Shown here: positions 51,987 through 62,773 of the stretch, piece after piece
Layout of the letters: each line of letters opens with the position of its first letter
Numbering within the stretch: the stretch's first letter is position 1
IMG/VR virus record: IMGVR_UViG_3300050343_000067
Coordinates: 13,716 to 77,715 of that record
Direction: 5' to 3' (one strand)
Source: a virus
Taxonomy: Duplodnaviria; Caudoviricetes
Length of the DNA: 64,000 nucleotides
The notes under the pieces: generated by a model
What the model was told of the DNA's origin: nothing
Database searches by the model: none
What the model saw: the letters and a program-made list of their open reading frames with translations, nothing else
Translations under genes and position numbers: made by a program

Positions 51987-53696
51987 ATGAGTCAACTATT
52001 TGGTTTTTTAATCAAAGACGGCGGGGGGAATAAGGGACAATCCCCTGTTCCCCCTAATAGTGATGACAGCGTAGCCACCGTAGCAGGTGGTTATTTTGGT
52101 ACATATGTAGATGTTGAAGGCGTCTCCAAGAATGAGTATGAACTACTCAAGCGATATAGAGACATGTCGCTACACCCAGAGGTAGACACCGCAATCGATG
52201 AAATTGTAAACGAGTTTGTTGTCAGTGATGCTGACGATGCACCCGTTGAAATTGAATTGTCAAATTTAGGTATGGGTGCAGGGGTCAAGAAGAAGATCCG
52301 TGATGAGTTCGATCACATCTTAAAGATGCTGAATTTCGACAAGAACGTGCTCACCAGATTATTCGGAACGTGGTACATGTGGATGGTAGGGTACATTTTA
52401 CCACAAGGTCATCGATCTTAGACAAACCCAAAGCGTGGTATTCTTAGAACTTCGCTACATCGATCCACTCAAGATTACGTAAAGTTCGGCAAAAGATTGT
52501 TAAGTCCAGAAGTAGCAGCACATCCTCAAGCAGTCAAAGGTACTGCACTTGCATATGACTGGGGTGATTATGTAGAGTATTACATTTATCAACCAAAGGG
52601 TTTCTCTGGTTCGATGACGATGCCACACAATAGTGCATCAGATTTCTCAACCAATAATGGAATCAAGATTGCTTCAGACTCTATCGCCACAGTAAACTCT
52701 GGCGTTATGGATCTTAACAAGAAGTACAGTCTGTCCTTCTTGCATAAAGCAATCAAGTCTCTCAATCAACTCCGCATGATTGAAGATAGTCTAGTTATTT
52801 ACAGACTATCAAGAGCACCAGAACGTAGAATCTTTTATATTGACGTTGGTAATCTCCCCAAAGTTAAAGCGGAGCAGTACCTACGTGATGTCATGGCACG
52901 TTATCGTAACAAGCTTGTATACGATGCTAGCACTGGCGAGATTCGTGACGACAAAAAGCATATGAGTATGCTTGAGGATTTCTGGTTGCCCCGTCGTGAA
53001 GGCGGTCGTGGTACAGAAATCACAACTCTACCTGGTGGTCAGAACCTAGGCGAGCTTAAGGACGTTGAGTATTTTAGAAAGAAACTATACAACTCTCTGA
53101 ATCTCCCACCCTCTCGTCTCACTGACGACAACAAAGCATTCAACCTTGGTAAGTCTACAGAGATCCTACGCGATGAACTGAAATTTAGTAAGTTTATTGG
53201 TCGTCTCCGTAAACGTTTCTCTCGTTTGTTCCATGACATTCTTAAGACTCAACTGATTCTCAAGGGCGTTATCGCTCCTGAAGATTGGGAGGACATGGAA
53301 GAGCATATTCAATATGACTTCCTGTTTGACAATCACTTCAATGAGTTGAAGAAACAGGAGATGATGATGCAACGCATCACTCTCGTTACACAAATGGATC
53401 CTTTCGTTGGTAAGTATTTCTCCACAGAATACATCCGTCGTCAGGTTCTCATGCAGACCGAGAAGGAATACAAAGAAATCGATAAGCAGATGCGTGTTGA
53501 TATTGACAGCGGTATGGTAATTGACCCTGTTGATGTTACATCTATGGATATGATGGATCGTCAAAACGATGCTTTCAAACCTGAACTAGATGCACAGTCT
53601 GCGGAAGACGATGCTACTAGAGAACTAGACAAGGCAAAGGAAATGGAGAAGCTAAAACCTGCTGCTTCGCCTGCAAAACCTAAAGCTGATAAATAA
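51987..53696 (+). CDS. gp20: Portal protein gp20 (several indels at about 52345-52480)
   Basis: HPEVDTAIDEIVNE, IYRLSRAPERRIFYIDVGNLPK, EDFWLPRREGGRGTEI. Confidence 0.95.
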
Positions 53697-53717
53697 AATA
53701 TAACTCTTGATTATAAT

Positions 53718-53903
53718 ATGGACACACCATTAGAGTCTGAACTCGTTGACATTGTTGATTTGATTGCTGACAAGAAGCGTGGCGATGCGTTAGATAAGAT
53801 TAACGATTATCTATACGGCAAAGCACAAGACGTTATTGATCAGTACAAGCAAAGTGTAGCATCTAGCTACTTTGATGAACCTACAGATACTCCAGAAGAA
53901 TGA
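53718..53903 (+). CDS. Small acidic protein, possibly prohead core
   Basis: 61 aa between gp20 and gp21. Confidence 0.7.
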   Translation: MDTPLESELVDIVDLIADKKRGDALDKINDYLYGKAQDVIDQYKQSVASSYFDEPTDTPEE

Positions 53904-54544
53904 AACTCATTACAGAAAACATTGAGGAGGTCAAACTTTTGACCGAAGAAAAAGACGGTCAAAAGTGTCTCTACATTGAGGGTGTATTCCTCCAATCGGA
54001 AGTAAGAAACCGTAACGGAAGAGTATATCCATTTTCTGTTCTGGAAAAAGAAGTAGGTCGTTATAATGAAGAGTACGTATCGAAAGGTCGTGCGCTAGGA
54101 GAATTAGGTCACCCCGATGGTCCTACTGTAAACCTTGATCGTGTATCCCACAGGATCACAACACTCAAGGCTGAAGGTAATAACTTCGTGGGCAAGGCAA
54201 GAATTCTTGACACACCAATGGGCAACATTGCCAAATCTCTCCTTGGTGAGGGTGTGAAACTTGGTGTTTCTTCTCGCGGCATGGGTAGCATTGATAAGCG
54301 TGAAGACGCTAATTATGTTATGGATGACTTTATGCTTGCGACTGCTGCTGATATCGTAGCAGATCCTTCTGCCCCTGATGCATTTGTAAACGGCATCATG
54401 GAAGGAAAGGAGTGGGTATGGGACAACGGTCTCCTAAAAGAGAAAACAGTTGCTAAATACCAGGGATACATTAGTGAATCATCCAAGAAAGATTTGGAAG
54501 CGAGGACTCTAAAAGTCTTTGAACACTTCCTGTCAAATCTCTAA
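53900..54544 (+). CDS. gp21: Prohead protease gp21
   Basis: NRNGRVY, ALGELGHP, LGVSSRGMGS, DIVADPSAPDA. Confidence 0.96.
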   Translation: MKLITENIEEVKLLTEEKDGQKCLYIEGVFLQSEVRNRNGRVYPFSVLEKEVGRYNEEYVSKGRALGELGHPDGPTVNLDRVSHRITTLKAEGNNFVGKARILDTPMGNIAKSLLGEGVKLGVSSRGMGSIDKREDANYVMDDFMLATAADIVADPSAPDAFVNGIMEGKEWVWDNGLLKEKTVAKYQGYISESSKKDLEARTLKVFEHFLSNL

Positions 54545-54594
54545 CTTAATAAATAATCATAGAAATAGCTATAGAAATTCAAGGGGAAACTCAC

Positions 54595-55773
54595 ATGTCA
54601 GATATGTTAAAGGAAAAATTTGAGGAGTTTGTAACTGAATCAGGTCTAGTTGTTGAAGCTGGCGATCCAATGCCAACAGTATCTGCAGCAGTTATTCCTG
54701 GTGGTGGCGGTTACGAAGCGTCTAGTCAGTCCAAGACCGAAGTCAACTCCAAAGCTGGAGCTGGCGAAGGTAAGGCTACTGTAGGCACCGACGCTGTTAA
54801 CGGTTACGGAGCTCAACAGTCAGTCACCGATAACGGTGGTCCACGTCCAGACGGAAACGATGAGGGCGAGGATAATCCTGGTGCTAAAGCATCTGCCCCT
54901 GTTGGTGCTAAAGGCGCACAGAGCGATGGTACTGCACAGACCTCTAGCATCAACGATGCTGGCGACCAGGGCAAGACTGTTACCGTTGGTGCTGATGTAG
55001 CATATGCAACCAGCACTGGTCCTGATGTAACATATCCCATCAAGCCTTCCTTTGAATCCCTTGACATGAGTGCAGATGTTGCAGCACTCACCGAAGGAAC
55101 AGAACTCACTGAAGAGTTCAAAGAAAAAGCAACAACAATTTTTGAAGCAGCAGTCAAATCCAAACTATCTGAAGAGTGGGCAAAACTCGAAGAGCAGTTT
55201 GAGACTAACCTCTCCGAGCGAGTTACATCTGTTAAAGCAGAACTTGCAGAAGAAGTAGGTGGTACTATCAAGTACGCAATTCAAACTTGGTTGGAAGAGA
55301 ACCAAGTATCCATCGATCGTGGTATTCGTAACGAGATTACTGAAGACTTCATCGCTGGACTTAAGAATCTCTTCCAAGAACATTACATTAATATTCCTGA
55401 CGACAAAGTTGATGTCGTGGAAGGAATGTCTGAAGATATTCGTAAGATGGAAGACAGCCTCAACGAACAGATTGAGCGCAACGTGAAACTTCAAGGTCGT
55501 CTAGATGAGTCTGCAAAAACTGTAATTCTGAACATTGTTTCAGAAGGTCTTGTAGATACACAAAAAGACAAGTTGGCATCTCTAGCAGAAGGCGTAGAGT
55601 TTGAGTCGGAAGAGAAGTTTGCAGAGAAGGTTAAGACCCTCCGCGAATCATACTTCCCAGCAAACCCTGCTACACCTGCAGCAGAAGCTACTGATGAAGC
55701 ACCAGTTGAAGGCGGAGAAGTAACCCCAGCAATGGCGGCATACCTCAATGCTATCAGTCGCTGGAACTCATAA
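54595..55773 (+). CDS. gp22: Prohead core scaffold gp22
   Basis: EEFKEKATTIFEAAV, long acidic coiled coil, synteny. Confidence 0.92.
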   Translation: MSDMLKEKFEEFVTESGLVVEAGDPMPTVSAAVIPGGGGYEASSQSKTEVNSKAGAGEGKATVGTDAVNGYGAQQSVTDNGGPRPDGNDEGEDNPGAKASAPVGAKGAQSDGTAQTSSINDAGDQGKTVTVGADVAYATSTGPDVTYPIKPSFESLDMSADVAALTEGTELTEEFKEKATTIFEAAVKSKLSEEWAKLEEQFETNLSERVTSVKAELAEEVGGTIKYAIQTWLEENQVSIDRGIRNEITEDFIAGLKNLFQEHYINIPDDKVDVVEGMSEDIRKMEDSLNEQIERNVKLQGRLDESAKTVILNIVSEGLVDTQKDKLASLAEGVEFESEEKFAEKVKTLRESYFPANPATPAAEATDEAPVEGGEVTPAMAAYLNAISRWNS

Positions 55774-55802
55774 TAATTTAACTCCCTAATCCAATAAAGA
55801 AA

Positions 55803-57210
55803 ATGTTTAACGCAGAACATCTTCAGGAAAAGTGGGCACCTGTTCTTGGTCACGAAGGCTCCTCGCCTATCGATAACCGTTACAAGAAAGCTGTCACATC
55901 TGTCCTCCTGGAGAACCAAGAAAGATTTATGCGCGAAGAGCGCGGTATGCTAAACGAAGTTGCAGTTAACAGCCTTGGCGCTGGTACTGTTTCTCCTTCT
56001 GGCAGCGCACTCGGCAACGCTAACACCGCTGGTCTTGCAGGTTTCGACCCTGTACTTATCAGCCTCGTCCGTCGTGCAATGCCTAACCTAATGGCATATG
56101 ACGTTTGTGGCGTCCAACCAATGAGCGGTCCTACTGGACTAATCTTCGCAATGCGCTCACGCTACGAGAACCAAGGCGGCGAAGAAGCCTTGTTCAACGA
56201 GCCTGACAGTGCATTCTCCACAGCACATGACGCAACAGCTGGTGCTTATACACCTAGAACTGGCGCTGGTGTCGGTGGCGATTCAGAGGGTAACAACCCT
56301 GCACTTCTTAACGACTCCTCACCTGGAACCTACGAAGTAGGTCGTGGCATGAGCCGTGAGAACTTGGAGAAGATGGGCGAAGCTTCCCGTCTGTTCCGTG
56401 AGATGTCATTCAGCATTGAGAAGACTTCTGTGACTGCAAAGTCCAGAGCTTTGAAAGCAGAATACACCTTGGAACTAGCACAAGACCTCAAGGCTATTCA
56501 TGGTCTAGATGCAGAGCAAGAACTTGCTAACATCTTGTCCAGTGAAGTCCTTGCAGAAATCAACCGTGAAGTTGTACGTACAGTATATCAGGTTGCTAAA
56601 GTCGGTGCTCAAAACAACGTTGCTAACGCAGGTATCTTTGACCTAGACGTTGACTCCAACGGCAGATGGTCAGTTGAGAAGTTCAAAGGACTTCTATTCC
56701 AGATTGAGCGCGATGCTAACGCAATTGCTCAAGAGACTCGTCGTGGCAAAGGCAACTTCATCATCTGTTCTGCAGACGTTGCAAGTGCCCTAGCAATGGC
56801 AGGCGTCCTTGACTACTCCTCTGGTCTAACTGGTGCTGGTGGTCCTTCCATCGGTGATGTTGATGACACTGGCAACCTTTCGGTTGGCACAATCAACGGT
56901 CGCATCAAGGTCTACGTCGATCCTTACTGCTGCTAACCTTTCCGACAAGCACTACTACGTCATCGGATACAAAGGTACTAGCCCTTATGACGCAGGACTA
57001 TTCTACTGTCCTTACGTTCCCCTCCAAATGGTTCGCTCGATCGACCCTGACACCTTCCAACCAAAAATTGGTTTCAAGACTCGTTACGGCATGGTCAGCA
57101 ATCCTTTCGTCACCACCAACGGAACCTACAATGGTACTCCAGATGGCGAAACACTTTCGGCAAACGCCAACATGTACTACAGAAGAGTACAAGTTATCAA
57201 CCTCATGTGA
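55803..57210 (+). CDS. gp23: Major capsid protein gp23 (+1 indel near 56930)
   Basis: GVQPMSGPTGLIFAMR, KSRALKAEYTLELAQDLKAIHG, FYCPYVP, FQPKIGFKTRYG. Confidence 0.97.
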
Positions 57211-57230
57211 TTCATCACCAGGTTTCTTAC

Positions 57231-57259
57231 AGACCTCCCTTCAAGGGGGGTCTTTTTTT
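57231..57259 (+). terminator. Rho-independent terminator after gp23
   Basis: AGACCTCCCT-TCA-AGGGGGGTCT followed by a T-run. Confidence 0.88.
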
Positions 57260-57294
57260 GTCTAAATAATTAAAGACTATACCATGGGGTTATT

Positions 57295-57985
57295 ATGCCA
57301 TCCCTAGATGAGGCAGCTGCGAAAAGAGAACAAGCAGCAGCACAGAAAGAACAGAATAAACCAAAACAAATCGAAAAAGTTACCGAGCAAGTACCGAGCA
57401 AGTCACCAGTCAAAAACGATTGCGTTGACACTAGGTGGACTCTTTGCCTTGGCACACATTGGTTTGTTAGGTTATGTAATTCACAGACCAGAAAAACCAC
57501 AAGTTCCACAAGTACCTACAATCAATATCCCTCGTGGAGATTATTCGTCATACAGAATTAAAGCTGGTAAGGATGGATATGAGATTGAGTATCGTGCAAA
57601 CGATCCTAAAGTTCTAGAGTCACAAAAAGCATTAGACCTCAATAAAAGTAAGAAAGGATTTTTTGGTGGTCAGCAAGTTGAAATGCGCCGCGAGTTCCGT
57701 CGTGATCAATTCACTATGGAAGGCACCCGTAATATGGGGGTAGGAGGCGCTGTAGACGGCGAGGGAAAGTTGACTGCCCGAGAAGAAGAGTGTTTAGTGG
57801 CGGACGCTGGCGCACGGTCCCAGGGTGCAATGGCAGGTAGTGCTATCGCTGCTGGTGTTGCTGTTCCTGCTGCTATGAGTATTCCATATGTAGGATGGTT
57901 GGCTGGTGGATGGGCTCTACTCCTCGGTCAAAAAGCAGGTTCCAGTCTAGGTTCTACCGTAGGTACAGTCTTTAATGACTGCTAA
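57295..57985 (+). CDS. Membrane-anchored hypothetical protein with Gly-zipper-like C-terminus (indel in the A-run near 57413)
   Basis: Joining the frames gives MPSLDEAAAK...SPVKTIALTLGGLFALAHIGLLGY...GAMAGSAIAAG. Confidence 0.65.
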
Positions 57986-58008
57986 ATAGTAGTGCTTGGG
58001 ATGCTGAC

Positions 58009-58522
58009 ATGTCTGCTGATTGGTACAAAAAATTACCGCAAAACAGAAATTTCTTAACACCTACAGGGTTTAAATTTACCCTAGAAAGATTTGGTGGTGT
58101 TGATTTTTTCTGTCAATCAGCTAGTATTCCAGATGTTTCTATGCCAACTATTGAAGTGGCAAACACCCTTTAGAGGTGTACCCATTATTCCTGGTGGTGG
58201 TGTAGAATACAGTGATCTAACGGTTCGGTTTATTATTGACGAAGATCTATCCAACTACATGACTGTATGGAACTGGATCAGAGACAATGGTAATTCAGAA
58301 TCATTTGATGGAGAAGGAGAAGGATACTCTGATGGTATTCTACAGATACTAACGTCTAACTTCAATCCAAAATATAGTGTAAGATTTGAACGATTAATGC
58401 CAGTGCAACTTACTAGTATTCCATTTGATTTTTCAGTGGGAGAAGTTGAGTTCTTTACAGCTAACGTTACTTTCAAATACACACGTTATACAGTATGTGA
58501 TTTAGGATTACAACCTCTATGA
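58009..58522 (+). CDS. gp3: Tail tube terminator gp3-like (indel near 58162)
   Basis: NRNFLTPTGFKF, VDFFCQ, LTVRFIIDEDLSNY; synteny before uvsY. Confidence 0.82.
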
Positions 58523-58992
58523 ATTTTAGTTCATTACATCAACGCTTCCAAAAAATTAAGGAAGAGTGGACCAAGGATACACAAATCGATTTTCAATTTA
58601 AGAACAAACAATACTCCGAAGATCTAGCACGACTTGCGTTGGAGATTCCTTTCCAGCACAATAAATATCTGAATCATTACACAGATCTTTCTCAAATTAA
58701 AACTTCATTAGAGTTTGAACATCGTAAACTCTTAAGAGATAAGAGAGAATATTATGGCGGTGAAGCTGACGCTAAAACATACGCAGAAAAACCTTTTGGT
58801 ACTCACATCAAAACATCAGAGAAGATGAAAGTCTATCTGGAGTCAGATGATGAACTTATTAACACAGAAGCAAAAGTCAAGTACATTGATCAGATGCTTT
58901 ACTTTCTCGATCATGTTATGAAACAAATCTCTAACCGTGGGTTTCAGATCAAAAGTGCTATTGAATGGGAAAAATTTATTAATGGAAACTAA
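58519..58992 (+). CDS. uvsY: Recombination mediator UvsY
   Basis: HNKYL, EYYGGEA, ISNRGFQIKSAIEW. Confidence 0.9.
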   Translation: MNFSSLHQRFQKIKEEWTKDTQIDFQFKNKQYSEDLARLALEIPFQHNKYLNHYTDLSQIKTSLEFEHRKLLRDKREYYGGEADAKTYAEKPFGTHIKTSEKMKVYLESDDELINTEAKVKYIDQMLYFLDHVMKQISNRGFQIKSAIEWEKFINGN

Positions 58993-60452
58993 TGTCACAT
59001 CTAGTTGTCAAGAAAAAGAATGAGGTCTATCTACAGATCTCATCAGAGCCTCACGTCCATCGTGAGTTGGCAGACTACTTTTCTTTTGAATTGCCAGAGG
59101 CAAAGTTTCTAAAACGCCAACCAAGATTTAGATATTGGGATGGTATGATCCATCTGTATTCTCCTGGTACAGGTGAACTGTATCATGGTCTCTTACCTCA
59201 CTTGAAAGAGTGGTGTAGAGAAAGAGAATATGGTATTAAATTTGAGAACAATGATTGGTACGGGGAAGTAGAGGTAAGTAACGATTTCGTTTCTCCACCT
59301 GCTGTTGCAGATTGGATGAAACATATCTGCAAGTACAAACCAAGAGACTACCAGTACATGACTGTGTATAAGGCTCTCAAAAATAACAGAGGTTTGTTCC
59401 TGTCTCCAACAGGATCTGGCAAATCCCTTATGATTTATTCCATCGTTCGTTACTACGCAGCGGCTGATAAGAAGATTCTACTGATCGTGCCTACGACTTC
59501 TTTGGTAGAACAAATGATAAAGGATTTTAAAGACTATGGATGGAATGCAGATGAGTTCTGTCACACCATATATTCAGGCAAAGATAAGAATACTGACAAA
59601 CCAGTTGTCATCTCAACATGGCAGTCAATCTACAAGTTTCCGAAAAGATACTTTGATGACATTGATTGTGTTATCGGAGATGAAGCACACTTATTTAAGG
59701 CAAAGTCCCTCACAGGTATCCTCACCAAACTCCACAACGCAAAGTATCGTTTTGGGTTCACGGGTACACTTGACGGTAGCAAAACTCATAAGTGGGTTTT
59801 GGAAGGATTGTTTGGTGCATGTGAACAGGTTACAAAGACAGATACTCTCATTAAGAAAGGGTTCCTTTCCAGCTTGCGAATTAAAATCCTAGTCTGTAAG
59901 CATGACTACAAATACTTCGCTGACTTTCATGAGGAGATGGAGTACATTGTAACACATGAAAAGCGAAACAACTTGATTAAAAATATTGTTAACGACATAG
60001 AAGGTAACACATTAGTTTTGTTTAACTATGTGGAAAAACATGGTGAACCTTTGTATGAGTTAATAAATAATTACATCAGTAACGACAGATCTGTATTCTT
60101 CGTTCATGGTGGTACTGATACCGAAGATAGAGAACAAGTAAGAGCAATCACAGAATGCGAATCCAACGCTGTCATTATCGCATCTTACGGTACGTTTTCC
60201 ACAGGCATCAACATTAAAAAATTACATAACATCGTATTTGCTTCTCCCTCCAAATCCAGAGTTAGAAACCTACAATCTATTGGTAGAGTTCTACGTAAAG
60301 GAGATGGAAAAGATATTGCTACCTTGTATGATATCGCTGATGATATCTCTGGGCGTAACTATAACTATACTTTAAAACATCTTATTGAAAGGATTGCAAT
60401 ATATCAAGAAGAGAACTTTAAGTACGAAACTATAAACATAGACTTAAGGTAA
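58992..60452 (+). CDS. uvsW: SF2 helicase UvsW
   Basis: SPTGSGKS, DEAH, TGT, STGIN, QSIGRVLR. Confidence 0.95.
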   Translation: MSHLVVKKKNEVYLQISSEPHVHRELADYFSFELPEAKFLKRQPRFRYWDGMIHLYSPGTGELYHGLLPHLKEWCREREYGIKFENNDWYGEVEVSNDFVSPPAVADWMKHICKYKPRDYQYMTVYKALKNNRGLFLSPTGSGKSLMIYSIVRYYAAADKKILLIVPTTSLVEQMIKDFKDYGWNADEFCHTIYSGKDKNTDKPVVISTWQSIYKFPKRYFDDIDCVIGDEAHLFKAKSLTGILTKLHNAKYRFGFTGTLDGSKTHKWVLEGLFGACEQVTKTDTLIKKGFLSSLRIKILVCKHDYKYFADFHEEMEYIVTHEKRNNLIKNIVNDIEGNTLVLFNYVEKHGEPLYELINNYISNDRSVFFVHGGTDTEDREQVRAITECESNAVIIASYGTFSTGINIKKLHNIVFASPSKSRVRNLQSIGRVLRKGDGKDIATLYDIADDISGRNYNYTLKHLIERIAIYQEENFKYETINIDLR

Positions 60453-60455
60453 AGA

Positions 60456-60842
60456 ATGGAAGAAGAATTTTATGCAACGTTAAAGCTAACATCAAATGAG
60501 GAACTACTTGCTAAAGTATGTTACTTGACTGAAGAAGAATGTTTACTTGTGGAAAAACCCTTGCTGGTTATTCGTGCCACTCAAAAGAAAAGTGGTAGGC
60601 TTGTGGAAGGATTCTCATTAAGTGACTGGGTGATGTCTTCTTATGAAGAACTATACGTTCTAAAAATGGAACAAGTAGTAACCATTACTGAAATGGATAA
60701 GAAGATAAAAGGATTCTATACCAGTCACTTATCTAGAGAAGATGATGATGTACCTACAGATAAGATGTCAAAAGAAATGGGGTATCTAGGATCAGTAACA
60801 GATCAAAAAAGTAAATTAGAAGATCTATTTAATAGAAGCTAG
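60456..60842 (+). CDS. Conserved T4-like hypothetical protein
   Basis: LKLTSNEELLA start; position between uvsW and gp55. Confidence 0.7.
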   Translation: MEEEFYATLKLTSNEELLAKVCYLTEEECLLVEKPLLVIRATQKKSGRLVEGFSLSDWVMSSYEELYVLKMEQVVTITEMDKKIKGFYTSHLSREDDDVPTDKMSKEMGYLGSVTDQKSKLEDLFNRS

Positions 60843-60869
60843 TATGTCTCTGTAACCCTTAACAGAGTT

Positions 60870-60898
60870 ATTCTATAGGTGTTAGGTGTATTTGTCAA
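60870..60898 (-). promoter_or_regulatory. Sigma70-like promoter pointing antisense into 60456..60842 and uvsW
   Basis: Minus strand TTGACA-17 nt-TAGAAT. Confidence 0.65.
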
Positions 60899-60920
60899 GC
60901 CCCTGTGGAAAACTATTGAC

Positions 60921-60949
60921 TTGACACCAAAACAAATTTGTAGTATACT
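60921..60949 (+). promoter_or_regulatory. Sigma70-like early promoter for gp55-gp47-gp46
   Basis: TTGACA-17 nt-TATACT, ending 21 nt before the gp55 ATG. Confidence 0.85.
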
Positions 60950-60970
60950 AGTAAAAGCAAACAGAAAATT

Positions 60971-61464
60971 ATGGTAAGAAAGCCAAAAACCGAATACTAT
61001 GTAAATAACAAAGAGTTTTTGGAAGCCCTTGTTGCCTATAAGTTTCGTGTTAATAGAGCAAAGGATGCTGGAGACAGTAGACCTATCGTCCCCAATTATG
61101 TTGGTGAGTGTTTCCTTAAGATCGCTACACACCTATCATACAAACCAAACTTTGTCAACTACATGTTTCGTGAGGACATGATCTGTGACGGCATTGAGAA
61201 TTGCCTACAGTATATTGACAACTTCAATCCAGAGAGTCTTCTAACCCGTTTGCTTACTTCACTCAAATTATCTATTATGCTTTCCTTCGTAGGATTCAAA
61301 AAGAGAAGCGTCAACTAGAGATCAAGAGTAAGATCCTAGAGAAGTCTGGTCACCAGGAGATCATGCACACTGATACGTATGATGGTGACATGGCAGGGAT
61401 GAATGCTTCCTACTCTGACATGGGTAGTATTAAAGAAAACATTGAGACGAGAATGAACCGATGA
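60971..61464 (+). CDS. gp55: Late-transcription sigma factor gp55 (indel near 61233)
   Basis: YVNNKEF, PNFVNY, DMICDGIENC; NPFAYFTQIIYYAFLRRIQKEK in the shifted frame. Confidence 0.93.
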
Positions 61465-62504
61465 CAGTAGCACTTATTACAGATCAACATTTGGATGGTC
61501 GTAAAGGTTCTCTGGTATTCTGGAATTACTTCCTTAAGTTTTATGATGATGTGTTCTTCCCTACGCTAGAGAAGAAAGGTATTACAGAGATCATTGACCT
61601 AGGTGATACGTTTGATAACCGTAAAACCATTGACTTCAATGTCTGGAATCGAATTCGTACTCACTACTTCGATAGACTGAATGAGATGGGCATCACAGTC
61701 CATACCATTCTGGGTAATCACTGTGTCTACTACAAGAATACAAACGCTATCAACTCTCCTGATCTGTTGCTAGGTGACTATGATAATATTCGTGTCTACG
61801 ATGAGACTTGTACTGTTACTATTGAGGGTACGAAAATTTGTTTTGTCCCTTGGATCAATAGGGAGAACGAAGAAGCGACAATGGAGCATCTCAAAAATAC
61901 AGATGCAGAAATAGTCATGGGACATCTTGAGCTTGATGGGTTTGAAATGACTCCAGGCATGAAGATGGAGCATGGCATGGATCCCAAGATCTATAAGAAT
62001 TTTAAGCAGGTCTATTCGGGACATTTCCATCACAAGTCAAGCAAGGGTAACATCACATACCTTGGCAATCCTTACCAGATGTTCTGGAATGACTACGCTG
62101 ACACTAGAGGGTTTCATCTTTACGAACCAGCATCTAATAAACTGCGTATGGTAAAAAATCCTTATGACATCTTTAAAAAGATCTACTATAACGATGTAGA
62201 TAAGGACATGGTTCTAGACTACACCCAGTTTAAGGATACTTTTATTAAAGTCATTGTTGAAGAGAGGCGTGACTATTACAAATTTGAAAAAATGATTGAC
62301 CAGTTGTATAACTCTGGCGCTCATGATATCAAAATTGTAGAGACTTTAGTTGATGAAGATACTGTAGAAGAACCTAATCTAGAAGTCAAAGATACACTGA
62401 CATTACTTAACGAGTATATCGATGAGGTAGAAATGTCCGTAGAGAAATCTGACCTTAAGAAACTTATGAGATCGCTATATATTGAGAGCTGTGAAATGGT
62501 TTGA
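61461..62504 (+). CDS. gp47: Recombination nuclease gp47 (Mre11/SbcD-like)
   Basis: TDQH, LGDTFDNR, GNH, MGHLE, SGHFH. Confidence 0.94.
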   Translation: MTVALITDQHLDGRKGSLVFWNYFLKFYDDVFFPTLEKKGITEIIDLGDTFDNRKTIDFNVWNRIRTHYFDRLNEMGITVHTILGNHCVYYKNTNAINSPDLLLGDYDNIRVYDETCTVTIEGTKICFVPWINRENEEATMEHLKNTDAEIVMGHLELDGFEMTPGMKMEHGMDPKIYKNFKQVYSGHFHHKSSKGNITYLGNPYQMFWNDYADTRGFHLYEPASNKLRMVKNPYDIFKKIYYNDVDKDMVLDYTQFKDTFIKVIVEERRDYYKFEKMIDQLYNSGAHDIKIVETLVDEDTVEEPNLEVKDTLTLLNEYIDEVEMSVEKSDLKKLMRSLYIESCEMV

Positions 62505-62773
62505 TGTCTTTCATCTTAACTCTCAAAGACTTGCCAGAAGGAGTTTTCTCTGTTGTCGATAAAGACACAGGAGATCATGTCATTCCTATCTTTGATGATA
62601 GAGACGACTGTGAAAGATATGCTGAACAACTATCTGATTCAGCATCTCAACTGGAATTGCAGATGATTCAAATTGAAAAACAACTAATTGTTTTCGCTTG
62701 CGAGCAGCGAGAGCAGAGATATGCTATAATCACTATAGACGACTTCATCATACCACCTGACGACTTAACATGA
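62504..62773 (+). CDS. Hypothetical protein
   Basis: 89 aa between gp47 and gp46 with coupled start/stop codons. Confidence 0.7.
   Translation: MSFILTLKDLPEGVFSVVDKDTGDHVIPIFDDRDDCERYAEQLSDSASQLELQMIQIEKQLIVFACEQREQRYAIITIDDFIIPPDDLT

Noticed and set aside
5805-61464. Split genes (5805, 10670, 12949, gp13, gp17, gp20, gp23, 57295, gp3, gp55) as pseudogenes or programmed frameshifts
   Set aside because: Breaks are 1-nt indels, many in homopolymer runs, scattered through essential genes with no other decay. This fits long-read sequencing error; polishing with accurate reads would confirm.
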